A stretch of DNA of 64,000 nucleotides from an uncultured Acidobacteriota bacterium (GCA_963721715.1 CAVRKI010000004.1:1283876-1347875), one strand, 5' to 3'. Positions 29,661 to 40,416 are shown, counted from the stretch's first letter. The notes: generated from the letters alone by a model not told the origin. Numbers and translations: made by a program.

Positions 29661-30710
29661 TCAGTGCGCGACCAGCGCTTCCCACATCGTGAAGCCCATG
29701 ATCGTGAGCGCCCCGGCGACGCCAATCCAGACGCTGATGTCCGCATACTTGAAGCGGCGCACGAGCCAGTCGTCGATGAAGGGCCAGAAGAAGAAGATGA
29801 ACACGATCAGGCCCTGGGTGAGGACCGCCGTCGTGCCGGAGAACAACTTCAGCCAGCGGAACGCGGTGTAGAAGAACCACTCCGGCTTGATCACATCCGG
29901 CGTCACCAGCGGGTCCGCACGTGGGCCCATGCCCACCGGCAGCAGTGTCGCCAGCGCGCTCAGCAGGATCATCAGCGTGAGGCCGATGATGAGCTCGGTA
30001 TAGAAGTGCTCGGGGAAGAAGTTGAAGTAGCGCGCGGGCTTCTCTTCCTCGCCCTCGAACTTGAGTTCCGTCACCCCGTGCAGGCGCACCAGCCCGATGT
30101 GCATCATCAACACCAGGATGAGCACCACCGGCAGCACCGCGCCGTGCAGGATGAAGAACCGGGACAGCGTCCGGTCGTTGTAGACCTCGCCGCCGAGCAG
30201 CATCTGCTTCATCAGCGGCCCGACGACAGGCACCGAGTCGCTGATGTTGGCTCCGACCGTGGCTCCCCAGTAACTGAGCTGCTCGAACACCAGGCTGTAT
30301 CCGGTGAAGCCGAGCAGCAGGGTGCAGGTCAGCAGCGTCATGCCGATCATCCAGTTCAACTCGCGCGGTCGACGGTACGACCCGGTGAAGAACACCCGGA
30401 TCTGGTGCATCACCACCGCGGCGATCATCAGCGTGGCCCCCCACTTGTGGAGCCCGCGGAGATACCAGCCGAACGACGCATCTTCCGTGATGTAGCGCAC
30501 CGACTCGTAAGCCGTCGCCGGCGAGGGCTGGTAGTAGAACGCGAGGAGCACGCCGGTGACGATCTGCACGACGAACAGGTAGGCGGGCGTGCCGCCGAGC
30601 GCGAACCACCATCGCTTCAGGTGGTAGGGCACCGGCTCGTTGGACATCGCCGCCACGCCCTCGATCGAGACGGGCACGCGTTCGGCGATCCAGTCGCGGC
30701 TGGTGCTCAT
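29661..30710 (-). CDS. Cytochrome b (fused b6 + subunit-IV-like) of a Rieske/cyt b complex
   Basis: 349 aa. Haem-ligand His pairs in helices (LHKWGATLMIAAVVMHQIRVF and FFILHGAVLPVVLILVLMMHIGL). PEWFFY Qo-site motif. ATGA overlap with the Rieske stop. Confidence 0.85.
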   Translation of the reverse strand: MSTSRDWIAERVPVSIEGVAAMSNEPVPYHLKRWWFALGGTPAYLFVVQIVTGVLLAFYYQPSPATAYESVRYITEDASFGWYLRGLHKWGATLMIAAVVMHQIRVFFTGSYRRPRELNWMIGMTLLTCTLLLGFTGYSLVFEQLSYWGATVGANISDSVPVVGPLMKQMLLGGEVYNDRTLSRFFILHGAVLPVVLILVLMMHIGLVRLHGVTELKFEGEEEKPARYFNFFPEHFYTELIIGLTLMILLSALATLLPVGMGPRADPLVTPDVIKPEWFFYTAFRWLKLFSGTTAVLTQGLIVFIFFFWPFIDDWLVRRFKYADISVWIGVAGALTIMGFTMWEALVAH

Positions 30711-31333
30711 GCGGCGCCCTCTCCGTCGCTGCCGGGCGAACGGTGCTTCAGGCACGTCAGGCAGGGATCGTGCCCCGGCCCCTGCGGCGACACCACGTCC
30801 ACGACTCCCGCCTGCGAGGGCACGGACAGCTGCTCGGCGGGCACGTCGATGTAGAGCAACCCCTGCTGCACGTGGAGCGCGTACTGCGGCAGGGACAGCC
30901 CCGCGTCGCCGGGCGGACCGCCGGTCGCCTTGCCGGCCGGGTCGAACGTGCCGTTGTGGCACGGGCAGAAGTAGCGGTTGTTCTGCGGCTCCCACTGGAC
31001 CTGACAGCCGAGGTGCGGACAGGTGCTCGAGAGCGCGATGAAGTCGTCCACGGCGCCGGTCGCCGCCCGCCTCGTGATGTTCACCGTGCGGCCATCCGGC
31101 GTCTGATACAAGAGCGTGCCGCCCACCGCCAGGTCGCTGACACGCGCCACGAACAGCTGGTGCACCGCGCCGATGCGGGCCGGCAGCATGAAGCGCGCGC
31201 TCACCCAGGCGAACAGGCCATAGCCACCGGCGAGCCCGGCCACCATCAGCGCCGTCGACGACAGCCCAAGGGCATCGCGCCGCGAAGGTTCGGCGGCAGG
31301 TTCAACGTCCGGCTTCTGGTGATCGTGGGCCAT
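30707..31333 (-). CDS. Rieske 2Fe-2S subunit
   Basis: 208 aa. Tat/TM leader SRRDALGLSSTALMVAGLAGG. CPHLGC and CPCHNG cluster boxes. 11 nt downstream of cbaA. Confidence 0.85.
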   Translation of the reverse strand: MAHDHQKPDVEPAAEPSRRDALGLSSTALMVAGLAGGYGLFAWVSARFMLPARIGAVHQLFVARVSDLAVGGTLLYQTPDGRTVNITRRAATGAVDDFIALSSTCPHLGCQVQWEPQNNRYFCPCHNGTFDPAGKATGGPPGDAGLSLPQYALHVQQGLLYIDVPAEQLSVPSQAGVVDVVSPQGPGHDPCLTCLKHRSPGSDGEGAA

Positions 31334-31344
31334 CGTGCGACTCG

Positions 31345-32964
31345 TCAGAACGGCGAGAATCCCCGTGAGGGGAACCGCGCCATGGTATGCAGGTGATAGA
31401 GCGGCTGCGCGTAGGCCGCGAGGATCAGCAGGACCGCGACCGCGGTCCAGAGCCCGAACCGGTCCCAGACTGAGGAGCCTGCCACCGGCGCCACCATCGG
31501 CTCCGCGTACTCGATTTCTCCGAGCGCCCCACGCGGCATCACGAACATCGTGCCCAGGAGCACGAAGACGTAGCACATGGCCGAGACGAACAGGATCACG
31601 CCGCCCACGGCCGAGAGGTTGACGAGCGGGATCCACGCCGCGGCGGCCTCGTTGCCGTGGAACTCACCGGTGTAGACGCGCCGGGGCATGCCCATCAGGC
31701 CGGCGATGTGGCTCGGGATGCTGAAGAACTGCATGCCGACGAACCACAGATAGGGCTGCACCATGGCGACCCGCGGCCAGACCAGCGCCCGGCCGGTGAC
31801 GCGGGGCAGCATCCAGTAGCTGAAGCCCATGAAGCTGAGCGCCACGGCCGTGCCCACGGTCAGGTGAAAGTGCCCCTGCACCCAGGCCGTGTTGTGGATC
31901 ATCGCGTTCATCGCGTAGGCGGCGTTGATGGCGCCGCCGAAGCCGCCCAGCGCGAAGGTGATCATCGATAGCGCCACGCTGGCGAAGAACGGGTCGGCCC
32001 ACGGCAGCTTGCCGATCCAGCCGAAGGTCCCCGTGCCGCCACGCGCCCGCCCGGCGAACTCGAGCGAGGCGATCACCGTGAACGCGGTGACGAGGCTCGG
32101 GAACATGATGGCGTAGGTCGTGAACGTGTGGAGCAGCTTCCAGCCGCCGGCAATGCCCGGGTCCGTGAACTGATGATGGAAGCCGACCGGCGTCGAGAAC
32201 AGGATGAACTGGATGAAGACCACGCGCGTGAGCGCGTCGCTGAACAGTTTGCCGCCGGCCACCCGCGGGATGATGGTGTACCAGAGCACGTAGGCCGGCA
32301 CCAGCCAGAAATACGTGAGCGGGTGCCCGAACCACCAGAAGTAGGTGCGCGCCACGATCGGATCGATGCGGTCGACCAGGCCCACCGACCAGGGCAGGAT
32401 GAGCACCACCACCTCGATCGCCAGCCCGATGGTCGCCAGAATCCAGATGATGACCGTCGTCATCATGCCGTGCGCGGGCAGAGGCACGGGCGCGGACCGG
32501 TTGGCACGGCGCCACGCGACGAAGCTGGCGATCATCACGCCGCACCAGATCCACGATCCGACGACCAGCAGCGTGGCGCCGATGTAGAACGCGGGATGGG
32601 CCAGCAGCGGCGGGTAAAAGGTGTAGAGCACGGTGCTCGTGCCCGACAGAATGGCCACCGTCGTGATGACGGTCCCCACCACCGCCACCCAGTAGCCCGC
32701 CCACGCCCAGGCCTGCCCGGCGATGCGGCCGAGCGTGGTCTCGACCACCAGGTAACCGATGGCCATGATGAAGAACGTCGTGAAGACCAGCGCCAGCAGC
32801 ACGCCGTGCGCCGTGACCGACAGGTAATAAAGGCTGGCGGTGCCGAAGGGCAACTCGACGCCGGCCCGCGCCAGCGCCTGCATCACCGCCATCTGCGAGC
32901 CGATGCCGAAGGCGGCGACGGCCACCCAGAAGTGCGACAGGACCAGCCGGAGCGCGGGCGTCAC
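31345..32964 (-). CDS. cbaA: B-family (ba3-type) haem-copper oxidase subunit I
   Basis: 539 aa, GTG start in a GTGA overlap with cbaB. WWFGHPLTYFW (HPxxY His-Tyr), GFHHQF (CuB), QGHFHLTVG. Confidence 0.85.
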   Translation of the reverse strand: MTPALRLVLSHFWVAVAAFGIGSQMAVMQALARAGVELPFGTASLYYLSVTAHGVLLALVFTTFFIMAIGYLVVETTLGRIAGQAWAWAGYWVAVVGTVITTVAILSGTSTVLYTFYPPLLAHPAFYIGATLLVVGSWIWCGVMIASFVAWRRANRSAPVPLPAHGMMTTVIIWILATIGLAIEVVVLILPWSVGLVDRIDPIVARTYFWWFGHPLTYFWLVPAYVLWYTIIPRVAGGKLFSDALTRVVFIQFILFSTPVGFHHQFTDPGIAGGWKLLHTFTTYAIMFPSLVTAFTVIASLEFAGRARGGTGTFGWIGKLPWADPFFASVALSMITFALGGFGGAINAAYAMNAMIHNTAWVQGHFHLTVGTAVALSFMGFSYWMLPRVTGRALVWPRVAMVQPYLWFVGMQFFSIPSHIAGLMGMPRRVYTGEFHGNEAAAAWIPLVNLSAVGGVILFVSAMCYVFVLLGTMFVMPRGALGEIEYAEPMVAPVAGSSVWDRFGLWTAVAVLLILAAYAQPLYHLHTMARFPSRGFSPF

Positions 32965-33437
32965 CGTGCCGCCTCCACGATGATGGTGCCGTACATGTTG
33001 TGGTGCCCGAGCCCGCAGTACTCGTTGCAGACGACGAGGTACTCCCCCGGCTCGGTGAAGGTGGCGGTAGCCTCGCTCACATATCCGGGTGCGACCGTCA
33101 GGTTGACGTTCGTGCCGACGATCTGAAAGCCGTGCAGCACATCGGGGCTGGTGATACGGAAGCGGACGGACCGCCCAGCCGGCAGGCGCACCACGGCAGG
33201 CTTGAACACGTAGAACTCCGCCCGCATCACCACCGTGAGGCTGCCGTCTGGCGCCGTGACCACGCCGGGCGTCGCGAATTCGCCACTCAGGTCCAGCGTT
33301 TCAGGGTTGATGGTCTCCACGTGGCTCGGCGGGTGCGCCGACCCGGACACCGCCGTGATCACGATGGCGCCGAGGAACAGCACCAGCATGCCGGTCGCCG
33401 CCCACATCCAGTAGCGCTCGTAGCGGTCAACGTGCAT
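32961..33437 (-). CDS. cbaB: ba3-type oxidase subunit II (CuA)
   Basis: CuA motif CNEYCGLGHHNM. ITSPDVLHGF. Single N-terminal TM. ATG 33437 is preferred; GTG 33461 is possible. Confidence 0.85.
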   Translation of the reverse strand: MHVDRYERYWMWAATGMLVLFLGAIVITAVSGSAHPPSHVETINPETLDLSGEFATPGVVTAPDGSLTVVMRAEFYVFKPAVVRLPAGRSVRFRITSPDVLHGFQIVGTNVNLTVAPGYVSEATATFTEPGEYLVVCNEYCGLGHHNMYGTIIVEAAR

Positions 33438-33482
33438 GGCGGCCGTTCGCTTCCATGCCACCGGTTGGTCCGCGCGCGGCCA

Positions 33483-33626
33483 TCAATGGGTCCCCCTCGG
33501 CACGAACAGCCCGAAGAACAACAGGAGCCAGCCGAGCACCACCAGCACACCGAACGCCCCGACAATGGCGAGCGTACCGCGCGGTTCGGCGGCAGGAGGC
33601 GCCGTGGGGTCAGGTTGATCAGTCAT
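33483..33626 (-). CDS. cbaD: ba3-type oxidase subunit IIa (single-TM micro-subunit)
   Basis: 47 aa from ATG 33626. PRGTLAIVGAFGVLVVLGWLLLFFGLFVPRG resembles Thermus subunit IIa. Confidence 0.6.
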   Translation of the reverse strand: MTDQPDPTAPPAAEPRGTLAIVGAFGVLVVLGWLLLFFGLFVPRGTH

Positions 33627-33667
33627 CGACGCTCGACACAGTAACACCGTCCGGGGGTCTGACGGAG

Positions 33668-33694
33668 TTCCGTTGTTCAAGTGAGTCAACGGAA
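33668..33694. promoter_or_regulatory. Perfect 8-bp inverted repeat TTCCGTTG-N11-CAACGGAA upstream of cbaD
   Basis: Direct reading. Lies 42-68 nt upstream of the first gene of the respiratory cluster. The spacer contains TTCAAgtgaGTCAA (weak FNR/DNR-like). Confidence 0.35.
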
Positions 33695-33839
33695 TCGAAC
33701 CGCAAGAATGATTCCGCCATCACAGCCGCAGGAATATCGCGCCACTGACGCGGTCACCGCGCGCCATACGGACCGCCGCAGCCGGACGGCCCTGCCGCCC
33801 TGCCGACATTCCGACGGACCCGGGGAGCGCGGGCGGGGC

Positions 33840-34529
33840 TCAGGGCTTTGGCCGCGCCAGCGCTGCGTATCGTGTGTGGCAGTCGGCGCAGGCCGCGAGG
33901 AGTTGTCCGTAGAATGCGGCGCGTGCGGAGAGGTCGGTGGCTTCTGCCGCGCCGGCCGCGAGGCGATGCAGGCGTTCCTCGGTCGACGCCAACCGTGTGC
34001 GCACGGCCGCGTCGACCGGCAGTTCCGTCGCGTTGAGCGGCGCGGAGGCCAAGGCGCGAGCGCCGTTGCGCCACGTCGCATCCGACGGCACGACCAGGCC
34101 TTCCACGAGTTGCTGCACCGCCACCTGGTGCTCGAGCATATGCCCGGTCAGTCCCGCGCCGACTGGCTGCGCGGGGGCGGGAAAGGCAGGCGTGACGCCA
34201 GCCGCGCGATGACACCGCCCGCACGCCGACAGCATCCCGGCGGTGTCGACCGCCGCCTCGAGAATGGTCCTGGCCTGGGCAACCTGTCGCGCGCCCTCGG
34301 CCAACGCGGCCAGGGGCCTGGACGACGCGAGCGCCTGCGAGCCGGATTGGGACCGGGCGACCTCGTCCGCCAGCGCGCGTGCCGCGGGCCCCACCGCCGC
34401 CAGATCGCCCCGGATGACCGCGCCGTGCAGCACCAGCGCCTGATCGAAATGCGCGCGCATCTGAGCCTGGTCGGCGGGCTGTGCCGCCATCAGGACGATC
34501 AGCACGGCCACGCGAAGGTCCCTGTTCAT
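33840..34529 (-). CDS. Dihaem protein with two tandem class-II (cytochrome c'-like) helical modules
   Basis: 229 aa from ATG 34529 (GGGAGGA SD, ATGA overlap with the upstream stop). Signal-like N-terminus. Each ~110-aa Ala/Leu-rich half ends in CxxCH (CGRCH, CADCH). Confidence 0.5.
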   Translation of the reverse strand: MNRDLRVAVLIVLMAAQPADQAQMRAHFDQALVLHGAVIRGDLAAVGPAARALADEVARSQSGSQALASSRPLAALAEGARQVAQARTILEAAVDTAGMLSACGRCHRAAGVTPAFPAPAQPVGAGLTGHMLEHQVAVQQLVEGLVVPSDATWRNGARALASAPLNATELPVDAAVRTRLASTEERLHRLAAGAAEATDLSARAAFYGQLLAACADCHTRYAALARPKP

Positions 34530-35224
34530 ACCCGATCCTCCCGCGATCGCGTCTGACCGAGATGCCAATCACACCACTCCCGCGCCAGCCGTGTCACTTC
34601 GTCGAGCGTACCCAGTTCCTCGAACAGATGGGTCGCCCCCGGAACAATGGCCAGCGTGACCGGCGCGCGCATCAGGACTCTGGCCTGCTGGTTGAGCGCG
34701 ATGACATCCTCGTCATCCCCACCGACGATGAGTAGGGTGGGTGCGGTGACCGCTGGCAGAGCGTCGCCCGCCAGGTCCGGACGCCCGCCTCGCGAGATGA
34801 CCGCGCGCACCGCGGACGGACGCGCCGCGGCAGCGATCAAGGCCGCCGCCGCGCCGGTGCTGGCGCCGAAGCACGCGATGGGCAGCCCTTCCACACGCGG
34901 GTCCGCCGCCGCCCAGTCCACCGCCGCGACTACGCGGCGGCCCAGCCGCTCGATGTCGAAGCGGTACTCGCGGGTGAGTTCGTCAGCTGCTTCTTCCGGC
35001 GCCGTCAGCAGGTCCAGCAGCAGGGTGGCGAAGCCCGCGGTCCGCAGCGCCGCGGCCACGGCGCGATTGCGCCCGCTGAAGCGGCTGCTGCCGCTGCCGT
35101 GCGCGAAAATCACGAGACCCGCCGCATCCGCCGGAACCGCCAGATCTCCATCGATCACGACGTCGCCCGCGTGAATCCGCACCGCCGTCACCGGGGTGGC
35201 GTCCAAGCTGCCTCGTGCGTTCAT
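34526..35224 (-). CDS. Dienelactone hydrolase-like alpha/beta hydrolase
   Basis: 232 aa. VIFAHGSGSSRFS and CFGASTGAAAAL nucleophile-elbow-like motifs. Overlaps the upstream PRTase stop (TGATG). Confidence 0.7.
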   Translation of the reverse strand: MNARGSLDATPVTAVRIHAGDVVIDGDLAVPADAAGLVIFAHGSGSSRFSGRNRAVAAALRTAGFATLLLDLLTAPEEAADELTREYRFDIERLGRRVVAAVDWAAADPRVEGLPIACFGASTGAAAALIAAAARPSAVRAVISRGGRPDLAGDALPAVTAPTLLIVGGDDEDVIALNQQARVLMRAPVTLAIVPGATHLFEELGTLDEVTRLAREWCDWHLGQTRSREDRV

Positions 35225-35910
35225 CAACCGCCCCCCTGTTCTTCGAGCCTGGTGGCCCTGGCCAGCAGGTCCGCCACTTCTTCGTCACTCGTCTGGGGAA
35301 ACTCGCGATACCAGAGCCCGACTGCGGTAAAGGGTTCGGGCGTGCTAAGGCAGACCAGCTCATCGACGATCGCGCCAAGAACGGCAGAGGCCTGAACGGA
35401 GCCAACGGGCACGGCCACGACCACCCGCGCTGGATCCATCAGCCGCACCGCCTTCACCGCCGCCTGCATCGTGGTGCCCGTGGCGAGGCCGTCGTCAACG
35501 AGGAGGACCGTCCGTCCCTTCACGGGCGTCAGGGCGCGGTGGCCGCGGTACGCGCGCTCGCGCCGCTCCAGTTCGAGCTGTTCGGTGTGGGCGATCGCGT
35601 CGATGGTTGCGGGTGGGGGGAAGTACTCCGGCGGTATCTCGTCGTTCAGCACGCGGACGCCGCCGCTGGCGATGGCGCCCATCGCAAACTCGGCCTGACC
35701 CGGGAATCCCAGTTTGCGCACGACCAACACATCGAGAGGCGCGCACAGCGCGCGGGCGACCTCGAACGCAACGGGCACGCCGCCCCGTGGAAGCGCCAGC
35801 ACCACCACATCACGGCGGCCGGCATAGGCTGTCAGCCGCCGTGCCAGTGCCTCACCCGCCTCGCGGCGATCGGTGAACCGGAGGTCGTTTGGCCAGACGT
35901 GCGCCGTCAC
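35224..35910 (-). CDS. Phosphoribosyltransferase-family protein
   Basis: 228 aa. VVVLALPRGGVPVA and VLLVDDGLATGTTM PRPP-binding motif. Confidence 0.8.
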   Translation of the reverse strand: MTAHVWPNDLRFTDRREAGEALARRLTAYAGRRDVVVLALPRGGVPVAFEVARALCAPLDVLVVRKLGFPGQAEFAMGAIASGGVRVLNDEIPPEYFPPPATIDAIAHTEQLELERRERAYRGHRALTPVKGRTVLLVDDGLATGTTMQAAVKAVRLMDPARVVVAVPVGSVQASAVLGAIVDELVCLSTPEPFTAVGLWYREFPQTSDEEVADLLARATRLEEQGGG

Positions 35911-35928
35911 CTGTCACCTCCACCCTGG

Positions 35929-36390
35929 TCACGCGACGGAGACGTGCGCGGCCGGGTGGTGGTGGGCACAGATGCCCTGCAGGGTGTCCAGCACTTCGGC
36001 GCCCGCGGGGCCCTTCTTCGCCCCGGCAGCCAGCAACAGATCGTTGATCGACACCACGCCAAGCACGGTGCCGCCGAAGCCGGTCACTGGCACCCGCCGG
36101 ATCCGATGCTCCTTCATCATGGCCAGCACCGCGTGGACATCGTCATCCGGCACACAAGTCCAGACCGGGCTCTGCACGACCTCCCCAACAGTCATCTCGG
36201 ACGCCCGCAGGTTGCGGGTGGCCAGGGCGATGTACATGTCGCGGTCAGTCACCACACCCACCAGCGCATCCGAAGCCACCACCGGCAGGAGGCCGCAGTC
36301 CGCCTCGATCATCATGGCCGCCGCCTGCGCCAGCGTCGTTCCGGGTGTGCAAACCACCGGCGCCGCCGTCATCACATCCTTGATTTTCAT
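35929..36390 (-). CDS. CBS-domain pair protein
   Basis: 153 aa from ATG 36390. Two CBS repeats (IKDVMTAAPVVCTP..GLLPVV and VGEVVQSPVWTCVP..RRVPV). Confidence 0.8.
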   Translation of the reverse strand: MKIKDVMTAAPVVCTPGTTLAQAAAMMIEADCGLLPVVASDALVGVVTDRDMYIALATRNLRASEMTVGEVVQSPVWTCVPDDDVHAVLAMMKEHRIRRVPVTGFGGTVLGVVSINDLLLAAGAKKGPAGAEVLDTLQGICAHHHPAAHVSVA

Positions 36391-36672
36391 CGTGACCTCA
36401 CCTGAGGCACAGCCAGACCGCGGACGTCGCCGTGGCTGGTGGCACGACTGGCCTCCACGACGTCTGACCATGCAACTCCCGCGCCTCGGGGCCATGGGCG
36501 TTTCTGCTCCGGCGACCCGCATCCGCCCGCCGGACGCTGCCGACATCCCGACACCCGCCGCACATTCTGCGGAAAACCGACGCTCCTCTCCCGCCAAGAG
36601 GGCGAGTCCGCGTGCAGGCGAGGGCGGAATCCGCGGCACACTGATTGCTGTGTCAGCGGTGTGGCCTTCGCC

Positions 36673-38417
<1,745 letters not shown>

Positions 38418-38418
<1 letters not shown>

Positions 38419-39413
38419 TGAGCGCTGCACTGCCCTGATCGCGACCGCGCCCGCCGCCTGCTCTGGCAGATGGTGCGCATCCGCCGCTTCGAGGAGAAGT
38501 GCGTCGAGCTCTACAGCGCGCAGAAGATCCGCGGCTTCATGCATCTCTACATCGGCGAGGAAGCCGTGGCCACCGGCGTCATCGAGCACCTGACGCCCGA
38601 GGATGCGGTGGTCGCCACCTACCGCGAACACGGCCAGGCGCTGGCGCGCGGCGTGTCGCCGGGCGCGATCATGGCGGAGATGTATGGCAAGGTGGAGGGC
38701 TGCGCGCGCGGCCGCGGCGGCTCGATGCATCTCTTCGATGCAAGGCGACGCGCTTCTACGGCGGCAATGCCATCGTCGGCGGCGGCCTGCCGCTGGCCGT
38801 CGGGCTCGCGCTGGCGGACAAGATGCAGAGCCGCGACGGGCGTCGACCGTCTGCTTCTTCGGCGAGGGCGCGGTGGCCGAAGGCGAGTTCCACGAGTCGA
38901 TGAACCTGGCCGCGCTGTGGCAGCTGCCGGTGCTGTTCGTCTGCGAGAACAATCTCTACGCGATGGGCACGCGCGCTGCGCCATCACCGAGTCGCGTCAC
39001 CGACATCGCCAGCAAGGGCGCGGCCTACGACGTGGCCAGCGCCGTGGTCGACGGCATGGACGTGCTGGCGGTGAGCGAGGCGGCCGCGCCAGGCCGTCGC
39101 GGCCGTGCGCGAAGGCCGGCCCTACCTCCTGGAGTGCCGCACCTACCGCTTCCGCGCCGCACTCGATGTTCGATGCCGAGCTCTATCGGCGCAAGGACGA
39201 GGTGGCGCGAGTGGAAGAAGCGCGATCCCGATCACGACGTTCTTCGGCGCAGATGAAGGCGGCCGGCGTGCTGACCGACGCGGACTACGCCGACGATCGA
39301 GCGCGAGGTCGCGACGCGAGGTCGACGAGGCCGTCGCGTTCGCCGAGGCCGGCACCTGGGAGCCGGTCACCGACCTGACGCGCTTCGTCTATTCGGAGGG
39401 GGCACAGCCATGA
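38418..39413 (+). pseudogene. 2-oxoacid dehydrogenase E1 alpha (TPP) subunit, at least 10 frame changes
   Basis: Segments [99 protein letters not shown] and [13 protein letters not shown] are scattered over all three frames. Confidence 0.8.
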
Positions 39414-40412
39414 GCCGCCGACGCCGATCAGCCCGACGCGACGATGACCTTCCGCGACGCGGTGCGCGAAGGCCTGCGCGACGCGCTGCAGCGCCGATCC
39501 GCGCGTGTTCCTGATGGGCGAGGACGTGGGCCACTACGGCGGCTGCTTCGCGGTGAGCCGCGGCCTGCTGGCGGAGTTCGGCCCCGAGCGCATCCGCGAC
39601 ACGCCGCTCTCGGAGTCCGGCTTCGTCGGCGCCGGCATCGGCGCGGCGCTCGGCGGCATGCGGCCGATCGTCGAAGATCATGACCTGCAACTTCAGCCTG
39701 CTGGCGCTCGATCAGATCATGAACACCGCGGCCACGCTGCTGCACATGTCCGGCGGCCAGTTCAACGTGCCGCTCGTCATCCGCATGGCCACCGGCGGCG
39801 GCAAGCAGCTCGCGGCGCAGCATTCGCACAGCCTCGAAGGCTGGTATGCGCACATTCCCGGGCATCAAGATCGTCACGCCCGCCACGCTCGAGGACGGCT
39901 ACGGCATGCTGGCCACGGCGCTGGCCAGATCCCGATCCCGTGCTGATCTTCGAGAACCAGACGCTCTACAACATGGAGGGCGAACTCGCCGGCCGACGCC
40001 GGCCCGGTCGACCTCCGGCGCGCGGCCATCCGACGCCAGGGCAGCGACGTGTCCATCCTCACCTACGGCGCCAGCCTGCACAAATCGCTCGCAGGCGGCC
40101 GCCGACACTCGCGACGGAGGGCATCGAGGCCGAGGTGGTCGACCTGCGCGTGCTGCGTCCGCTCGACGACGCGACGATCATGGCGAGCGGTGGCAAGGAC
40201 GCACCGCGTGCTGATCGTGGACGAAGGCTGGCGCAGCGGCGGCATCTCCGCGGAGATCAGCGCGCGCATCCACGAGCAGGCGTTCTACGAACTCGATCGC
40301 CCGGTGGCGCGCCTGTGCACCGCCGAGGTGCCGATCCCCTACGCGCACCACCTCGAGGAGGCGGCACTGCCCCAGGTCGACAGCATCATCGCCGCCGTGC
40401 AGGCACTGGTGA
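39410..40412 (+). pseudogene. 2-oxoacid dehydrogenase E1 beta subunit, at least 8 frame changes (3' end uncertain)
   Basis: Segments [94 protein letters not shown] and [17 protein letters not shown] are spread across frames. ATGA overlap with the E1 alpha stop. Confidence 0.8.
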
Positions 40413-40416
40413 AGCC

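Noticed and set aside
33691-33701. GGTTCGATTCC (T-psi-C arm consensus) on the minus strand, suggesting a tRNA gene upstream of cbaD
   Set aside because: The flanking sequence gives only a 4-bp T-stem. No complementary 7-nt acceptor strand (GTGAGTC) exists ~65 nt upstream, and no D or anticodon arms can be drawn. The motif is part of the TTCCGTTG/CAACGGAA palindrome region.
36440-36454. TGGCAC motif suggesting a second sigma54 promoter in the CBS / acyl-CoA-synthetase intergenic region
   Set aside because: The downstream GC dinucleotide is 2 nt too close (GG-N8-GC instead of GG-N10-GC), and no activator gene is adjacent.
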